64,000 bases of DNA from Alphaproteobacteria bacterium (lineage in GTDB: Bacteria; Pseudomonadota; Alphaproteobacteria; GCA-2731375): positions 1,504,001 through 1,568,000 of the forward strand of contig CBDDPY010000002.1 in NCBI GenBank assembly GCA_965232515.1, read 5' to 3'. Of the stretch, positions 11,232 to 20,986 are shown one piece after another; the first letter of the stretch is position 1; the number at the start of each line of letters is the position of its first letter. The position numbers were made by a program, and so were the translations under genes. Below the pieces are notes generated by a model. It did not search any database and had not been told where the DNA came from. It saw nothing but the letters and a program-made list of their open reading frames with translations.

Positions 11232-12100
11232 GCCGGTCGGTCGCCAGCGAGTGTGATCCGGTGCAGGACGCGGCGATAGCCGTGATAGTCGTTCACCGGA
11301 TTGTGCTGAGCGCAGCGGTTATCCCAGAACGCGAACGAGCCCGGCTGCCAGCGGAAGCGGCAGCAGAACTCGGGCTTGATCTGATGCTGGAACAGATAGT
11401 CCAGGATCGGCGCGCTCTCGGCCGGCGTCATGCCCTTGAAGGCGACGGTATGGGCGGTATTGACGAACAACGCCTTGCGGCCGGTCTCGGGATGGGTGCG
11501 AACGGCCGGATGTTCGCCGGCGAGCGCCTGACCGACGCTCTCGGTGCCGCGCGCCTTGATCGCGTCGGCGCGCGTCCGGGCGACATCGGCCTTGTCGGAC
11601 GTGTTCACGGCGATCAGGCCATCGAGCAGCGCCTTCATGCCGTCGGACAGCGTCTCGTAGGCGAGATACTGGTTGGCGAACAGCGTGTCGCCGCCGACCG
11701 GCGGCAGTTCCAGCGCATAAAGCATGGTCCCCATGGGCGGTTCGGCCTGGTAGACGGTGTCCGAGTGCCAGATGCCGCCGAAATTGTCCCGCTCGTGTTC
11801 GAGCTTGACCACCGGGATGATGAACGGATAGCCGTCGAGGCCCTTGACGAACGGATATTCGGCCGGCTCGCCGAACCGTGACGCCAGGTCCATGAACTGC
11901 GCCGAGGTCAGGTCCTGATCGCGAAAGAACACCACCAGGTGCTCGAGCAGGGCCGCGCGGATCTCCGCCGTGACATCAGCCGATAGCGGCTGCGAGAGAT
12001 CGACATCGCCGATCTCGGCGCCGATCGCCGTGGTCAGCGGCCGGACGTCGATATGGCGATAGTCGGCGCGGGGTTCGGCCAGGGTTTGTTGCTCGGACAT
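11228..12100 (-). CDS. TauD/TfdA Fe(II)/2-oxoglutarate dioxygenase
   Basis: WHSD, GGDTLFAN, HPAVRTHPETGRK, WDNRCAQH. Start set at MSEQQ; stop overlaps panE start. Confidence 0.92.
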   Translation of the reverse strand: MSEQQTLAEPRADYRHIDVRPLTTAIGAEIGDVDLSQPLSADVTAEIRAALLEHLVVFFRDQDLTSAQFMDLASRFGEPAEYPFVKGLDGYPFIIPVVKLEHERDNFGGIWHSDTVYQAEPPMGTMLYALELPPVGGDTLFANQYLAYETLSDGMKALLDGLIAVNTSDKADVARTRADAIKARGTESVGQALAGEHPAVRTHPETGRKALFVNTAHTVAFKGMTPAESAPILDYLFQHQIKPEFCCRFRWQPGSFAFWDNRCAQHNPVNDYHGYRRVLHRITLAGDRPA

Positions 12101-12176
12101 TGGCTTGCCGATCCGTTGATTGATTGTCTTTCGCGCATGATCGCGCCAATCAACCCGGTTCGGCAATCCCCCGCCA

Positions 12177-13136
12177 TCAGAGGCGGCGTCGGAAGCTCCG
12201 CACCAGCGCCCGAAATTCGACGAGCAGCTCGTCGCGCCTGATGTCCGGGCCGATGCCGACCATCTGGTAGAGCTGGCAGTCGTCGAACAGCGTGACCTGG
12301 TAGACCAGCGTCGACGCACCGTTGCCGGCGCTGGCCGCCGATGCGACCAGTTCGTCGCCGCTCAGGCTGTCGACGCTGGCGGCGGCCCGCGACGTCACCT
12401 CGACATCCCGCACGGCCCTGATCCGCCCCAGCAACGCTTCGGCGAAGGCCAGGCGGTCGTCGCCGGCTTGCGCGCAGGCGTCCGCCGGCGGCGCGGTGAT
12501 AATGAAGACCGGCGCATTGCCGCGCTGCGTCGGGCTCAGCGACGGATCGCTCAGCGCCACGCCATAGCCGCCGATCACCTTCGGGTCGCCGAAGCCGGGG
12601 CGCTGCTCGAACACGAACGGCAGGCCGGCCAGCTGGTCGATCTCGCCGGTGTTGAGGTTGAGCCCCAGCAGCGCCGTGCGAATGGCTTTGAGGCCAGCGC
12701 TGCTCGCGCCGTCCTGCGGCGCCGTGAACACCACCATGACGGTGGCCCGCGGACTGCCGAGAACAAGGAACTGCTTGGCGTAGCGCGTGCCGCCCGCCGT
12801 CTGTACCGCGTCCACGTAGATGCCGGGATGGCCGTCGACGCGCACCTGCTCGCTCTGCACATTCGAGATCGCGCGGGTCGCGAGGTTCTCCGGCGTCATC
12901 GCCGTGCTCAGCTGACCATAGGCCTCGGGCGGAAACTCGGTGACGACGATCGAGGCGCCGGTGCGCCGGTCCTCGAAACCGGCGAAGCTGCGGCTCGGCG
13001 TCATGCCGCTGGGCGGCTCCAGGCTGACGCGGGTGCCGGGCACCGCCTGCCGCTCGGCCGCGACCGCCGCGAATCCGGCAACGAAGATAACGGCGAACAT
13101 CGCCATCGCGGCGAGGCCGTGGCGCGTCAGCGGCAT
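12177..13136 (-). CDS. Secreted hypothetical protein
   Basis: Signal peptide (AMFAVIFVAGFAAVA-A) and two repeated PsbP-like halves (VRVDGHPG / ASVDSLSG). Confidence 0.65.
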   Translation of the reverse strand: MPLTRHGLAAMAMFAVIFVAGFAAVAAERQAVPGTRVSLEPPSGMTPSRSFAGFEDRRTGASIVVTEFPPEAYGQLSTAMTPENLATRAISNVQSEQVRVDGHPGIYVDAVQTAGGTRYAKQFLVLGSPRATVMVVFTAPQDGASSAGLKAIRTALLGLNLNTGEIDQLAGLPFVFEQRPGFGDPKVIGGYGVALSDPSLSPTQRGNAPVFIITAPPADACAQAGDDRLAFAEALLGRIRAVRDVEVTSRAAASVDSLSGDELVASAASAGNGASTLVYQVTLFDDCQLYQMVGIGPDIRRDELLVEFRALVRSFRRRL

Positions 13137-13217
13137 GGGGTCTCCAATTCGAGATGTCGTATGGCGGGCGGAATGGCTAGCAGCACTTCATGTCAGATGT
13201 ATTGCATTTTACGCACG

Positions 13218-14027
13218 TCAACCCGCCCAGGGCGGGCGACGCTTGGCCATAAAGGCGTCGATACCGGCCTGCGCCGCCGGTTGGCGCAACAGCGCGGCGA
13301 GGCTATCGGCGGCATCGTCCATGACCGCGACGTCGGGCTGGTCGTTCACACTCAGCACCAGCCGCTTCACGGTCGCCAGCGCCGCCGGCTCGCAGGCGAG
13401 GATGTCCGCCAGCACCTGCGCCAGTGCGGCCTCGACCGCGGCCGCGTCGTCGCAGCAGTGATGCACGAGGCCGATGTCGACGCCGGCCCGGCCGTCGATG
13501 ACCCGGGCCGTGACGGCGAGCCGGCGCGCATGGCCCTCGCCGATGCGGCGGACCACGAACGGAATGATCTGCGAGGGGATGAAGCCGACGCGCGGCTCCG
13601 GCATGCCGAACTTGGCGTCGGCCCGCGCGATCACCACGTCCGAGCAGCAGGCCATGCCCAGGCCGCCCCCGACGGCCGCGCCCTCGACCACGGCGACCAC
13701 GGCCTGCGGCAAGTGGTTGAGCGCGGCCAGCACATCGCCATAGGCCCGGTAGGGCGCGACCAGCGGGTCCGGCTCACCCGGCGGCGGCGCGGGCGGCATG
13801 TTGGCCATGGCGTCGAGATCGCCGCCGGCGCAGAAGTTGCCGCCGGCGCCGCGCAGCACGACGACGCGCAATTCCGGATCGTCGCGGGCGACGGCCAGCA
13901 CGGCGCCGATCTCGTCCATCATCTGGTGCGTCAGCGCGTTGCGCCGGTCCGGCCGGTTGAAGGTCAGGTCCAGCCGGCCGTCGGTGCGGGTGAGCGAGAG
14001 GTTTTCAGTCACAGGATAGTCACGCAT
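13218..14027 (-). CDS. Enoyl-CoA hydratase/isomerase family
   Basis: NRPDRRNAL, FCAGGDL, AVGGGLG, FGMPEPRVG. Confidence 0.9.
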   Translation of the reverse strand: MRDYPVTENLSLTRTDGRLDLTFNRPDRRNALTHQMMDEIGAVLAVARDDPELRVVVLRGAGGNFCAGGDLDAMANMPPAPPPGEPDPLVAPYRAYGDVLAALNHLPQAVVAVVEGAAVGGGLGMACCSDVVIARADAKFGMPEPRVGFIPSQIIPFVVRRIGEGHARRLAVTARVIDGRAGVDIGLVHHCCDDAAAVEAALAQVLADILACEPAALATVKRLVLSVNDQPDVAVMDDAADSLAALLRQPAAQAGIDAFMAKRRPPWAG

Positions 14028-14112
14028 GGCCGGAAACTTACGGCATGTGGCGGGGGCGCGGAAGCCGGGCTAAGCTTTGCCTAATGGACAAGGGCGCGAA
14101 CGGGAGGCCGGC

Positions 14113-14871
14113 ATGGACGTCAAGGACAAGGTGGTAATCATCACGGGCGGCGGGCGCGGCCTGGGCCGGGCCTATGCCGAGAGCCTGGCAGCGGCCGGCG
14201 CCGCCGTTGCCGTGGGCGACGTGCTGGACTGCGGCGACACGGTCGCCGCGGTCGAGCAGGCCGGCGGCCGCGCCATCGGTCAGCACCTGGACGTCACCGA
14301 CATGGGCAGTTGCCAAGCCCTCGCGGATGCCACCGTCGAAGCCTTCGGCCGCATCGATGGCCTTGTCAACAACGCCGCGCTCTACGGCAGCATCAAGGGT
14401 GGTCGCTTCGACCAGCTCGACGAGGCGCAGTGGGACGCCGTGATGAACGTCAACATCAAGGGCATCTGGCAGTGCTGCAAGGCCGGGATCGGCCCGATGC
14501 GCGATGCCGGCGGCGGCTCCATCGTCAACATCGCCTCGCTCGCCGCCGTCTACGGCCTGCCGTTCGGGCTGGACTACGCCATGTCGAAAGCGGCCGTCAT
14601 CGGCATGACGCGAAGCTTGGCGCGCGAGCTTGGGCGCGACTGGGTCCGCGTCAACGCCGTCGCGCCATCCGCCGTGATGACCGAAGGCACGGAGGAGTAT
14701 TTCGGCGACAAGTTGGAGCGCGCGGCCCAGGTGATCGCCTCGGGCCAGAGCCTGCAGCGCAACCTGCAGACCGAAGACCTGACCGGCACCATCCACTATC
14801 TCGTCAGCGACGCCAGCCGCTTCGTCACCGGCCAGACACTCATGGTCGACGGCGGCACGGTGTTTCTCTGA
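14113..14871 (+). CDS. SDR family oxidoreductase
   Basis: TGGGRGLG, NNAA, YAMSK, TGQTLMVDGG; RBS GGAGG. Confidence 0.92.
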   Translation: MDVKDKVVIITGGGRGLGRAYAESLAAAGAAVAVGDVLDCGDTVAAVEQAGGRAIGQHLDVTDMGSCQALADATVEAFGRIDGLVNNAALYGSIKGGRFDQLDEAQWDAVMNVNIKGIWQCCKAGIGPMRDAGGGSIVNIASLAAVYGLPFGLDYAMSKAAVIGMTRSLARELGRDWVRVNAVAPSAVMTEGTEEYFGDKLERAAQVIASGQSLQRNLQTEDLTGTIHYLVSDASRFVTGQTLMVDGGTVFL

Positions 14872-14895
14872 CCCCGCCAACCGGAGGACAGCACC

Positions 14896-15759
14896 ATGAT
14901 GTCCGTCACGCGTTTGGATGCCCCGTTCGGCGTCGAGGTCACCGGCCTCGACATCGCTGCCGGCCTCGAGGATGCCGAGATGCGCGAACTCGCCGGCCTC
15001 CTGCACGACAACCGGCTCGTGGTGATCCGCGACCAGGAGCTCAGCAAGGAACAGTATCTCGCCTTCGGCCGGCGCTGGGGCGCACCGATCCCGCACGCGC
15101 TCGACCATCTGCGCATGCCCGGCTATCCCGAGCTGATGGAGGTCGGCAACACGACCGAGAAGGACCGCAAGGACGAGATCCGCAACGGCGCCGCCTTCTG
15201 GCACACCGACCAGTCGTACGAGGCCGAGCCGTCGACCGCGACCATGCTCTATTGCCGCATGGCGCCCGAGACCGGCGGCGAGACCCAGGTCGCCGACCTC
15301 GCCGCCGCCTATGACGCGCTGGACGACGCGATGAAAGCCCGGCTCGACGGCCTGGTGGCGACGCATCTCTACGGCGCCGCCAGCGGCCGGGGCGACGAGA
15401 ACATCGCCGCGCCGATCGTCAACAAGGATCAGGCGGACAAGCTGCCGCCGGTGCGCCACCGCATCGCCCGCCCGCATCCCGTGACCGGCCGCGTCACGCT
15501 CTACGCCGTCGCCGGCACGCCCTACGGCATCGAGGGCCTGGCTGACGAGGCGGCGCAGGACCTGCTGGACGACCTGAAGGCCCACGCCCTGCAGGAACGA
15601 TTCATCTATCGCCACAAGTACCGGATCGGCGACATCGCCATCTGGGACACCGGCCAAACGCTGCATTCGGGCGTGCCCATCGAGGTCGCGACCGGCCGGC
15701 AGGACAGCCGCCTGCTCTGGCGTATCAGTGTCAGGGGCGTACCGGAGGTCTGCGTCTAG
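14896..15759 (+). CDS. TauD/TfdA dioxygenase
   Basis: WHTD, GGETQVAD, HPVTGR, IWDTGQTLH. Confidence 0.9.
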   Translation: MMSVTRLDAPFGVEVTGLDIAAGLEDAEMRELAGLLHDNRLVVIRDQELSKEQYLAFGRRWGAPIPHALDHLRMPGYPELMEVGNTTEKDRKDEIRNGAAFWHTDQSYEAEPSTATMLYCRMAPETGGETQVADLAAAYDALDDAMKARLDGLVATHLYGAASGRGDENIAAPIVNKDQADKLPPVRHRIARPHPVTGRVTLYAVAGTPYGIEGLADEAAQDLLDDLKAHALQERFIYRHKYRIGDIAIWDTGQTLHSGVPIEVATGRQDSRLLWRISVRGVPEVCV

Positions 15760-15887
15760 TCGGCTGGAGGGGGGGTGTCGCGTAGCGGAGATCGCGGAAC
15801 AACCCCATGCACAGGAACGGTCAAGCAGAAAGATCGGCGGAATCCCTGGCCAGTTCGATGCTTCCGAAAATGTCGAAATGAGGTCTC

Positions 15888-16757
15888 ATGTTTGACGTTC
15901 TTCCGATGACCGGCACGGTCGGCGCGGAGATCGCCGGTATCGATCTCTCGGCGCCGGTTGGCACGGCCGAGGCGGAGGCGCTTCGCGCGGCGCTGTGGTC
16001 GCATCAGGTTATTGTGTGCCGCGACCAGCATCTCGACATCGCGGCGCAGAAGCGGCTGACCGAGGTGTTTGGGCCGATCACACGCCTGCCCTATGTCGAG
16101 CCGATGGCGGACGACGCGGATGTGATCGCCGTGCTGAAGGAGGCGGACGAGACCAACGTCGGCGTCTTTGGCGGCGACTGGCATTCGGACTTCAGTTTTC
16201 TGGAACGGCCGCCCGCTGGCTCGGTGCTGAACGCGGTCGAGGTGCCGACCTATGGCGGCGACACGGTCTGGGCCAACATGATCGCCGCCTACGCCGCCCT
16301 GCCCGCCGACCTGCGCGCCGCCGTCGACGGCCGCGACGCGATCCATGTCGGCGCGCCCTACGGCGCCAAATACGCGCCGCCCCAAGAGAGTCGCGCGGGC
16401 CGCTCGATCCGCATGACGCGGGGCGACCCCGCCGCCGACCGCGAGGTCCGGCACCCGGCCGTGCGCACGCACCCGGAGAGCGGCGGCCAGGCGCTGTTCG
16501 TCAACCCGATCTATACGACGCGCCTCGACGGCATGACCGAGGCCGAAAGCGCACCGATCCTGGCCGCGCTCTACAAGCACTGCGTCCGGCCCGAATTCTG
16601 CTGCCGCCTGCGCTGGACGCCGGGCACGGTCGCGGTCTGGGACAACCGCACCACCATGCATTACGCCGTCAACGACTACGACGGCGTCCGGCGGCTACTC
16701 TACCGCACGACGTTTGGCGAGGGCGGACGGTCGCCTTCCATGGCGGAATCCCAATAG
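15888..16757 (+). CDS. TauD/TfdA dioxygenase
   Basis: WHSDFSF, GGDTVWAN, HPAVRTHPESG, WDNRTTMH. Confidence 0.9.
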   Translation: MFDVLPMTGTVGAEIAGIDLSAPVGTAEAEALRAALWSHQVIVCRDQHLDIAAQKRLTEVFGPITRLPYVEPMADDADVIAVLKEADETNVGVFGGDWHSDFSFLERPPAGSVLNAVEVPTYGGDTVWANMIAAYAALPADLRAAVDGRDAIHVGAPYGAKYAPPQESRAGRSIRMTRGDPAADREVRHPAVRTHPESGGQALFVNPIYTTRLDGMTEAESAPILAALYKHCVRPEFCCRLRWTPGTVAVWDNRTTMHYAVNDYDGVRRLLYRTTFGEGGRSPSMAESQ

Positions 16758-17644
16758 GGCGGATCAGCGAAGACCGCGCGCAGGTGATCGACGAGGGCCC
16801 GCACCTTGGTGGAGAGGTGCAGGTTCCGCGGATAGACCGCGTAGACCGTATCTTCGATGAGCTCGTCTTCGAGCGGCGCCACGACCAGACGGCCCTCTTT
16901 GATCGCCTGGCTGGCGATGAATGTCGGCAGCATCGCAATCCCCAGCCCGGCCGCAACGGCCTCGCGCTGGACGACGCCGTTGTTCACCTGAAGGGCGTTC
17001 CTGACCCGGACCCCGGTCGTGCGCCCGTCACGCACAAACACCCACTCGTCGTAGACCCGCAGGTTCGTATAGGTGATCGCCTTATGACCTTCGAGATCGG
17101 TCAGGGTTCGCGGCATGCCGTGTTCCGCCGCATAGGCGGGGCTCATCACCACGCAACGCCGGCTGCGGCACAGCTTGCGCGCGATCAGGCTTGAGTCCGC
17201 CAGCCGCCCGATGCGGACGGCCATGTCGAAACCTCCGCCGACGATATCGGTCGTTCGATCATTCAGATCGAGCAAAAGGTCGATGCGCGGATGGCGCTTG
17301 AGAAAGGGATAAAGCGCAGGCCCGATATGCATCGTCCCGAAGGTCATCGGCGCGGCGACCCGAAGAGGGCCGACCAGATCGCCCATGCGTTCGGCGATGG
17401 CGGCCGCCGCCTCGGTAAGTTCGTGCGAGATCCGAGCGGCCGTTTCATAGAAAGCCGCGCCTTCGTCGGTGAGTGTGAGCTTGCGGGTCGAGCGGTGCAG
17501 CAGGCGGGCGCCGAGCCGTGACTCGAGTTCCGCCAGCCGGCCACTGACCACCGACTTCGACAGCGACATGCGGCGCGCCGCTTCGCTGATCGAGCCCGCC
17601 TGAACGATCGCGACAAAGGTTTCCATGCCGTCCAGCTTCAACAT
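16700..17644 (-). CDS. LysR-family transcriptional regulator (CrgA/DmlR-like)
   Basis: HTH GSISEAARRMSLSKSVVS, LLHRSTRKLTLTDEG, FDMAVRIG. Start set at MLKLDG. Confidence 0.92.
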   Translation of the reverse strand: MLKLDGMETFVAIVQAGSISEAARRMSLSKSVVSGRLAELESRLGARLLHRSTRKLTLTDEGAAFYETAARISHELTEAAAAIAERMGDLVGPLRVAAPMTFGTMHIGPALYPFLKRHPRIDLLLDLNDRTTDIVGGGFDMAVRIGRLADSSLIARKLCRSRRCVVMSPAYAAEHGMPRTLTDLEGHKAITYTNLRVYDEWVFVRDGRTTGVRVRNALQVNNGVVQREAVAAGLGIAMLPTFIASQAIKEGRLVVAPLEDELIEDTVYAVYPRNLHLSTKVRALVDHLRAVFADPPYWDSAMEGDRPPSPNVVR

Positions 17645-17645
17645 C

Positions 17646-17662
17646 GTTCGATATTCCCGAAC
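17646..17662. promoter_or_regulatory. LysR recognition site (T-N11-A palindrome)
   Basis: GTTCG-ATATTCC-CGAAC abuts the LysR start in the divergent intergenic region. Confidence 0.6.
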
Positions 17663-17827
17663 AATACTTTCGAGTTTTGCCATCTTCTTTCGGAAAAGAA
17701 GAACGCATATCTCTGCCATCGTCAAACCCATAAGGACCGAAGCAGTCCGCTCTCCCGACGGCAACGGGAGACACGAACACGGCGGGGCGTCCAGATCGTC
17801 ACCCCGTCAAGCAAGGAGACAGATGAA

Positions 17828-18583
17828 ATGTCGTCCAAGACCCTTCCTTATCTTGCCGTCATGTCCGTGGCGGCATGGTTGACGGCGTCGGCCGTGGTCG
17901 CACACGGGCCACGGGCCGGCGGCATCGTCGCACCTGAGTCCGAGCGCACAACGGCGTCCTTCGACATCATCCACGCGAAGATCACGACCAAAGGCAGAGT
18001 CGCCCTCTTCCACATGGGCGTGTCGGATGCGGCGGGAAAGCTGCTGCCGACACCCTCCGGCAAGGTCGCCGGTAGCGAAGGCTTTGCCTATGTCTGGCCG
18101 ACGACGATCGATCCTTACGAAGTCGGCTTCGAAGGCGGCGCCGGCATTCTCGCCCTCGCCGTCGCGTCGCATCCCGATTTCGACGACACGCCGCTGTTCG
18201 ACGAGAGCGGCGACGGCGACTTCGACAACGACGGCGCCGTCTGGCACAGCCATTGGGTCGTGCTCGGCCCCGACGAGGCCTGCGGCCCCGGCGCGCTGAA
18301 GGTGATCGACATCCCGGAGGGAGCCAAGCCCCGTCTGCCGAAAACATGGCCGGGCCTGCCCATCCTCTTGGACAGCCCGGGCTGGGAGCCCGCGATCAGC
18401 GGCGACACAGTCGAAATTGCGGTGCCCTTTGACGATATCGCGGTTGTCGAGGACGCGGCGTTCGACGGCGTGACCGTCGGCTTGCGGGTGAACAAGAACC
18501 TGCACGCGCCCTTCTTCTGCGTCGCCGATGTCTTCGACGTCGCCTCGGGCGACCTGACCTTGCCCGGCAAGGTCAACAAATGA
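17828..18583 (+). CDS. Secreted hypothetical protein (HPDFDDTP / WHSHWVVL motifs)
   Basis: Signal peptide, RBS AAGGAG, divergent from LysR. Confidence 0.75.
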   Translation: MSSKTLPYLAVMSVAAWLTASAVVAHGPRAGGIVAPESERTTASFDIIHAKITTKGRVALFHMGVSDAAGKLLPTPSGKVAGSEGFAYVWPTTIDPYEVGFEGGAGILALAVASHPDFDDTPLFDESGDGDFDNDGAVWHSHWVVLGPDEACGPGALKVIDIPEGAKPRLPKTWPGLPILLDSPGWEPAISGDTVEIAVPFDDIAVVEDAAFDGVTVGLRVNKNLHAPFFCVADVFDVASGDLTLPGKVNK

Positions 18584-18698
18584 CCGTACCCGGCGGCGAC
18601 GCATGCCGCCGCCGGGCTTGCCCCCAACTCGTGTCAGGCGAATTCGAGATGGCAAAACCTTGGCTGCCACACCTGACCACTGCAGCGGAGAAAATCTG

Positions 18699-18989
18699 AT
18701 GAGCGCATATTTCTTGTTCGACAACCTCGACGTCACCGATCCCGCGAAACTTGAGGAATACAGCCGGAACGTCGGGCCGGTGGTGGAGAGCTTTGGCGGC
18801 CGCTACCGGGTTCTGGGCGGTCCGACGACGATTTTCGAAGGCGACTGGCAGCCGCGCTATCCCGTCATCATCGAGTTCGACAGCGCCGAAAGGGCGCGCG
18901 CCTGGTACGAGTCCGATCAATACCGCGACCTGAAAGCCCTGCGCCAGTCAGCCGTCAAATGCAACGGCGTGCTGATCGAGGGGCTTTAG
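18699..18989 (+). CDS. DUF1330 family protein
   Basis: FGGRYRVLGG, FEGDW, VIIEFDS, AWYESDQY. Confidence 0.85.
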   Translation: MSAYFLFDNLDVTDPAKLEEYSRNVGPVVESFGGRYRVLGGPTTIFEGDWQPRYPVIIEFDSAERARAWYESDQYRDLKALRQSAVKCNGVLIEGL

Positions 18990-19150
18990 GGCGCGAGGCG
19001 CTTGTAGGTGAAGGAGATGCTTTTCAGACCCGCGCCGAGCGGGCCCCTCGGCAGTCTACCGATTTGGGCGGCTCGTGACGCCGTGCGGTCATTGAGTTTT
19101 TCTCGGATGCCCCTTGCCAACGACAAGAGTAGCCGGAAAGCGAAAGAGCG

Positions 19151-19648
19151 ATGAACCCGGGTCTGGAATTGAAAGAGCTGGCGCAGTTAGGCAGTCGGCA
19201 AATTCGTGCGCTCAAGCGGCTCGAGATTTCCGATCAGCAGGTGGAGTTTGGCGGATCGTTCAAGAAATCCATCGATGAGTGCTTGTCCGGCCCACCGGAT
19301 GCAATTCGCGGCTTGGCCGTATTGTTCGACAGTTCGCCCGTGGGGTTGGTCGTTCTAAAGCGTCCGCCGCTCTCGCCTGCCTGGGCTTCCGAAGACATGG
19401 TAACGCTCCACGGTCTGAAGATAGACATCCGTTGGCAGGGCAAAGGCTACGGCAGAGCTGCATTTTCCGGCGCAATGGCTTTGTGTAGGTCGATTTGGCC
19501 CGACGCGAAGCAATTGGCGCTTTCCGTCGATGCGGGGAATGAAGTGGCTTTGTCTCTCTACAAGAGCTTTGGAATGACGGACAGCGGTCCGATTTACCAA
19601 GGTCGGATCGGTCGCGAACACCGGCTTCAGATTGCGCTTTCGTTGTAA
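19151..19648 (+). CDS. GNAT family acetyltransferase
   Basis: IDIRWQGKGYG acetyl-CoA motif; NEVALSLYKSFG. Confidence 0.85.
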   Translation: MNPGLELKELAQLGSRQIRALKRLEISDQQVEFGGSFKKSIDECLSGPPDAIRGLAVLFDSSPVGLVVLKRPPLSPAWASEDMVTLHGLKIDIRWQGKGYGRAAFSGAMALCRSIWPDAKQLALSVDAGNEVALSLYKSFGMTDSGPIYQGRIGREHRLQIALSL

Positions 19649-19711
19649 ATGCTCGCCAACTCATGTAGCTTACGCTTATTAATATCGTACTAGTATGCGG
19701 GGGGTTTTCTG

Positions 19712-20356
19712 ATGATATTCAAAAGCTTAGCGGCATCGCTCGTCCTTCTGGCGGCGATGACAACCACCGCTGCGGCGACGCCGGTGTTGTGGACGCTCGA
19801 CTATGCCATCGAGTTTCAGAACGATCCTTTCATTCAGCCTGATATCACGTTCGCCGGCACATTTGTCTATGACGCCGACACCGGCGTAGCATCCGACATC
19901 TTGATCAACAATAGCTTGGGCGAAACTTTCGACACCGACATCACCGGAATTCCGACTTTTGGTGTGGACCCCTCGGCTCTCCTTTTCGCGACAGACACGC
20001 CGCAGGTGGGCGGCGGCAGCGTCATTTTTATTCAACTCGGTTTAACGGGCGGCGCGCCGTTGCCCAATGCGGGCGGAAGCTTTGCGGTTGATGGTCTAGC
20101 GGCGGTCGATGACTTTTTCCTCACTCATATGATTTGCGGCTCGGTCAACGCCCTCTGTGACGGGATCGGATTTACCGACATCGACCTTGCGGCCTCGAAC
20201 ATTGTTGGAACGTTGACCGGCCGCCCGATTGCCGTCCCGGCGCCGGGCGCCGCCTTGCTGTTCGTGACCGGACTGTTGGGCCTCGGCGCGGTCGCTCGCC
20301 GGCGACGCAAATCTGGCGACGAAAAATCCGGACAACCCGCATCTGCTCACCGATAA
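19712..20356 (+). CDS. PEP-CTERM-type (VPAP) sorting-domain surface protein
   Basis: Signal peptide; C-terminal VPAPGAALLFVTGLLGLGAVARRRRK (motif, TM helix, basic tail). Confidence 0.85.
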   Translation: MIFKSLAASLVLLAAMTTTAAATPVLWTLDYAIEFQNDPFIQPDITFAGTFVYDADTGVASDILINNSLGETFDTDITGIPTFGVDPSALLFATDTPQVGGGSVIFIQLGLTGGAPLPNAGGSFAVDGLAAVDDFFLTHMICGSVNALCDGIGFTDIDLAASNIVGTLTGRPIAVPAPGAALLFVTGLLGLGAVARRRRKSGDEKSGQPASAHR

Positions 20357-20488
20357 TTCTTAGGCGACGAACTCGTCGTCTCGCATGTAAAGAACGCCAT
20401 GACCTTGTCCAGACCGGCGGATTGAGGTCGACGCCGTCGTTGTGTGGCGAATTCTTTACGGTTGTCTTGTTGAAGCGTCGGACATTCC

Positions 20489-20785
20489 GTGAGCGTCCTG
20501 TAAACCAGCCCTGCCGCTGATGACGTCAGGCTGTTACGCTCAGGTCTGAGCGTAAAGCCAGGGCAGCAGCTCGTCGATACGGGTGATCTTGTGATCAGCG
20601 ATGCGGGCGAGTGTATCGGTGAGCCATGCCAGCGGATCGACGCCATTCAGTTTGGCAGTCTCGATTAGTGTATAGGCGATGGCGGCCGATTTGCCGCCGC
20701 CTTCGGAGCCGGCGAAGAGCCGATTTTTACGCCCTACGGCAATTCTACGCATGGCGCGCTCGGCGGCATTAGTGTCGAGCTCCCT
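20489..20785 (-). mobile_element. IS66 right-end remnant (TnpC C-terminus and terminal repeat)
   Basis: [26 protein letters not shown]...[17 protein letters not shown]...IDELLPW. End sequence GTGAGCGTCC resembles the IS66 GTAAGCG terminus. Confidence 0.85.
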
Positions 20786-20820
20786 GCTGGTCGAACGCCG
20801 CGCCGCGGGACAAGCGCTGT

Positions 20821-20850
20821 CTGGATTGCCGGATCAAGTCCGGCAATGAC
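20821..20850. repeat. Alphaproteobacterial REP-like palindrome
   Basis: ATTGCCGGA-TCAAG-TCCGGCAAT followed by GAC. Confidence 0.65.
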
Positions 20851-20986
20851 GCTATGACCGTGGTTCGTTACCGGTGAACGGAAATTTGTAGTGCGCGCTC
20901 GGCCGGAAACGTGTCCCATTGCATCGGGCAGGAACAAGCCTTGGCGGGGGCCGGGACGCACCACTGTTGGCGGAGGGACCAGGACG

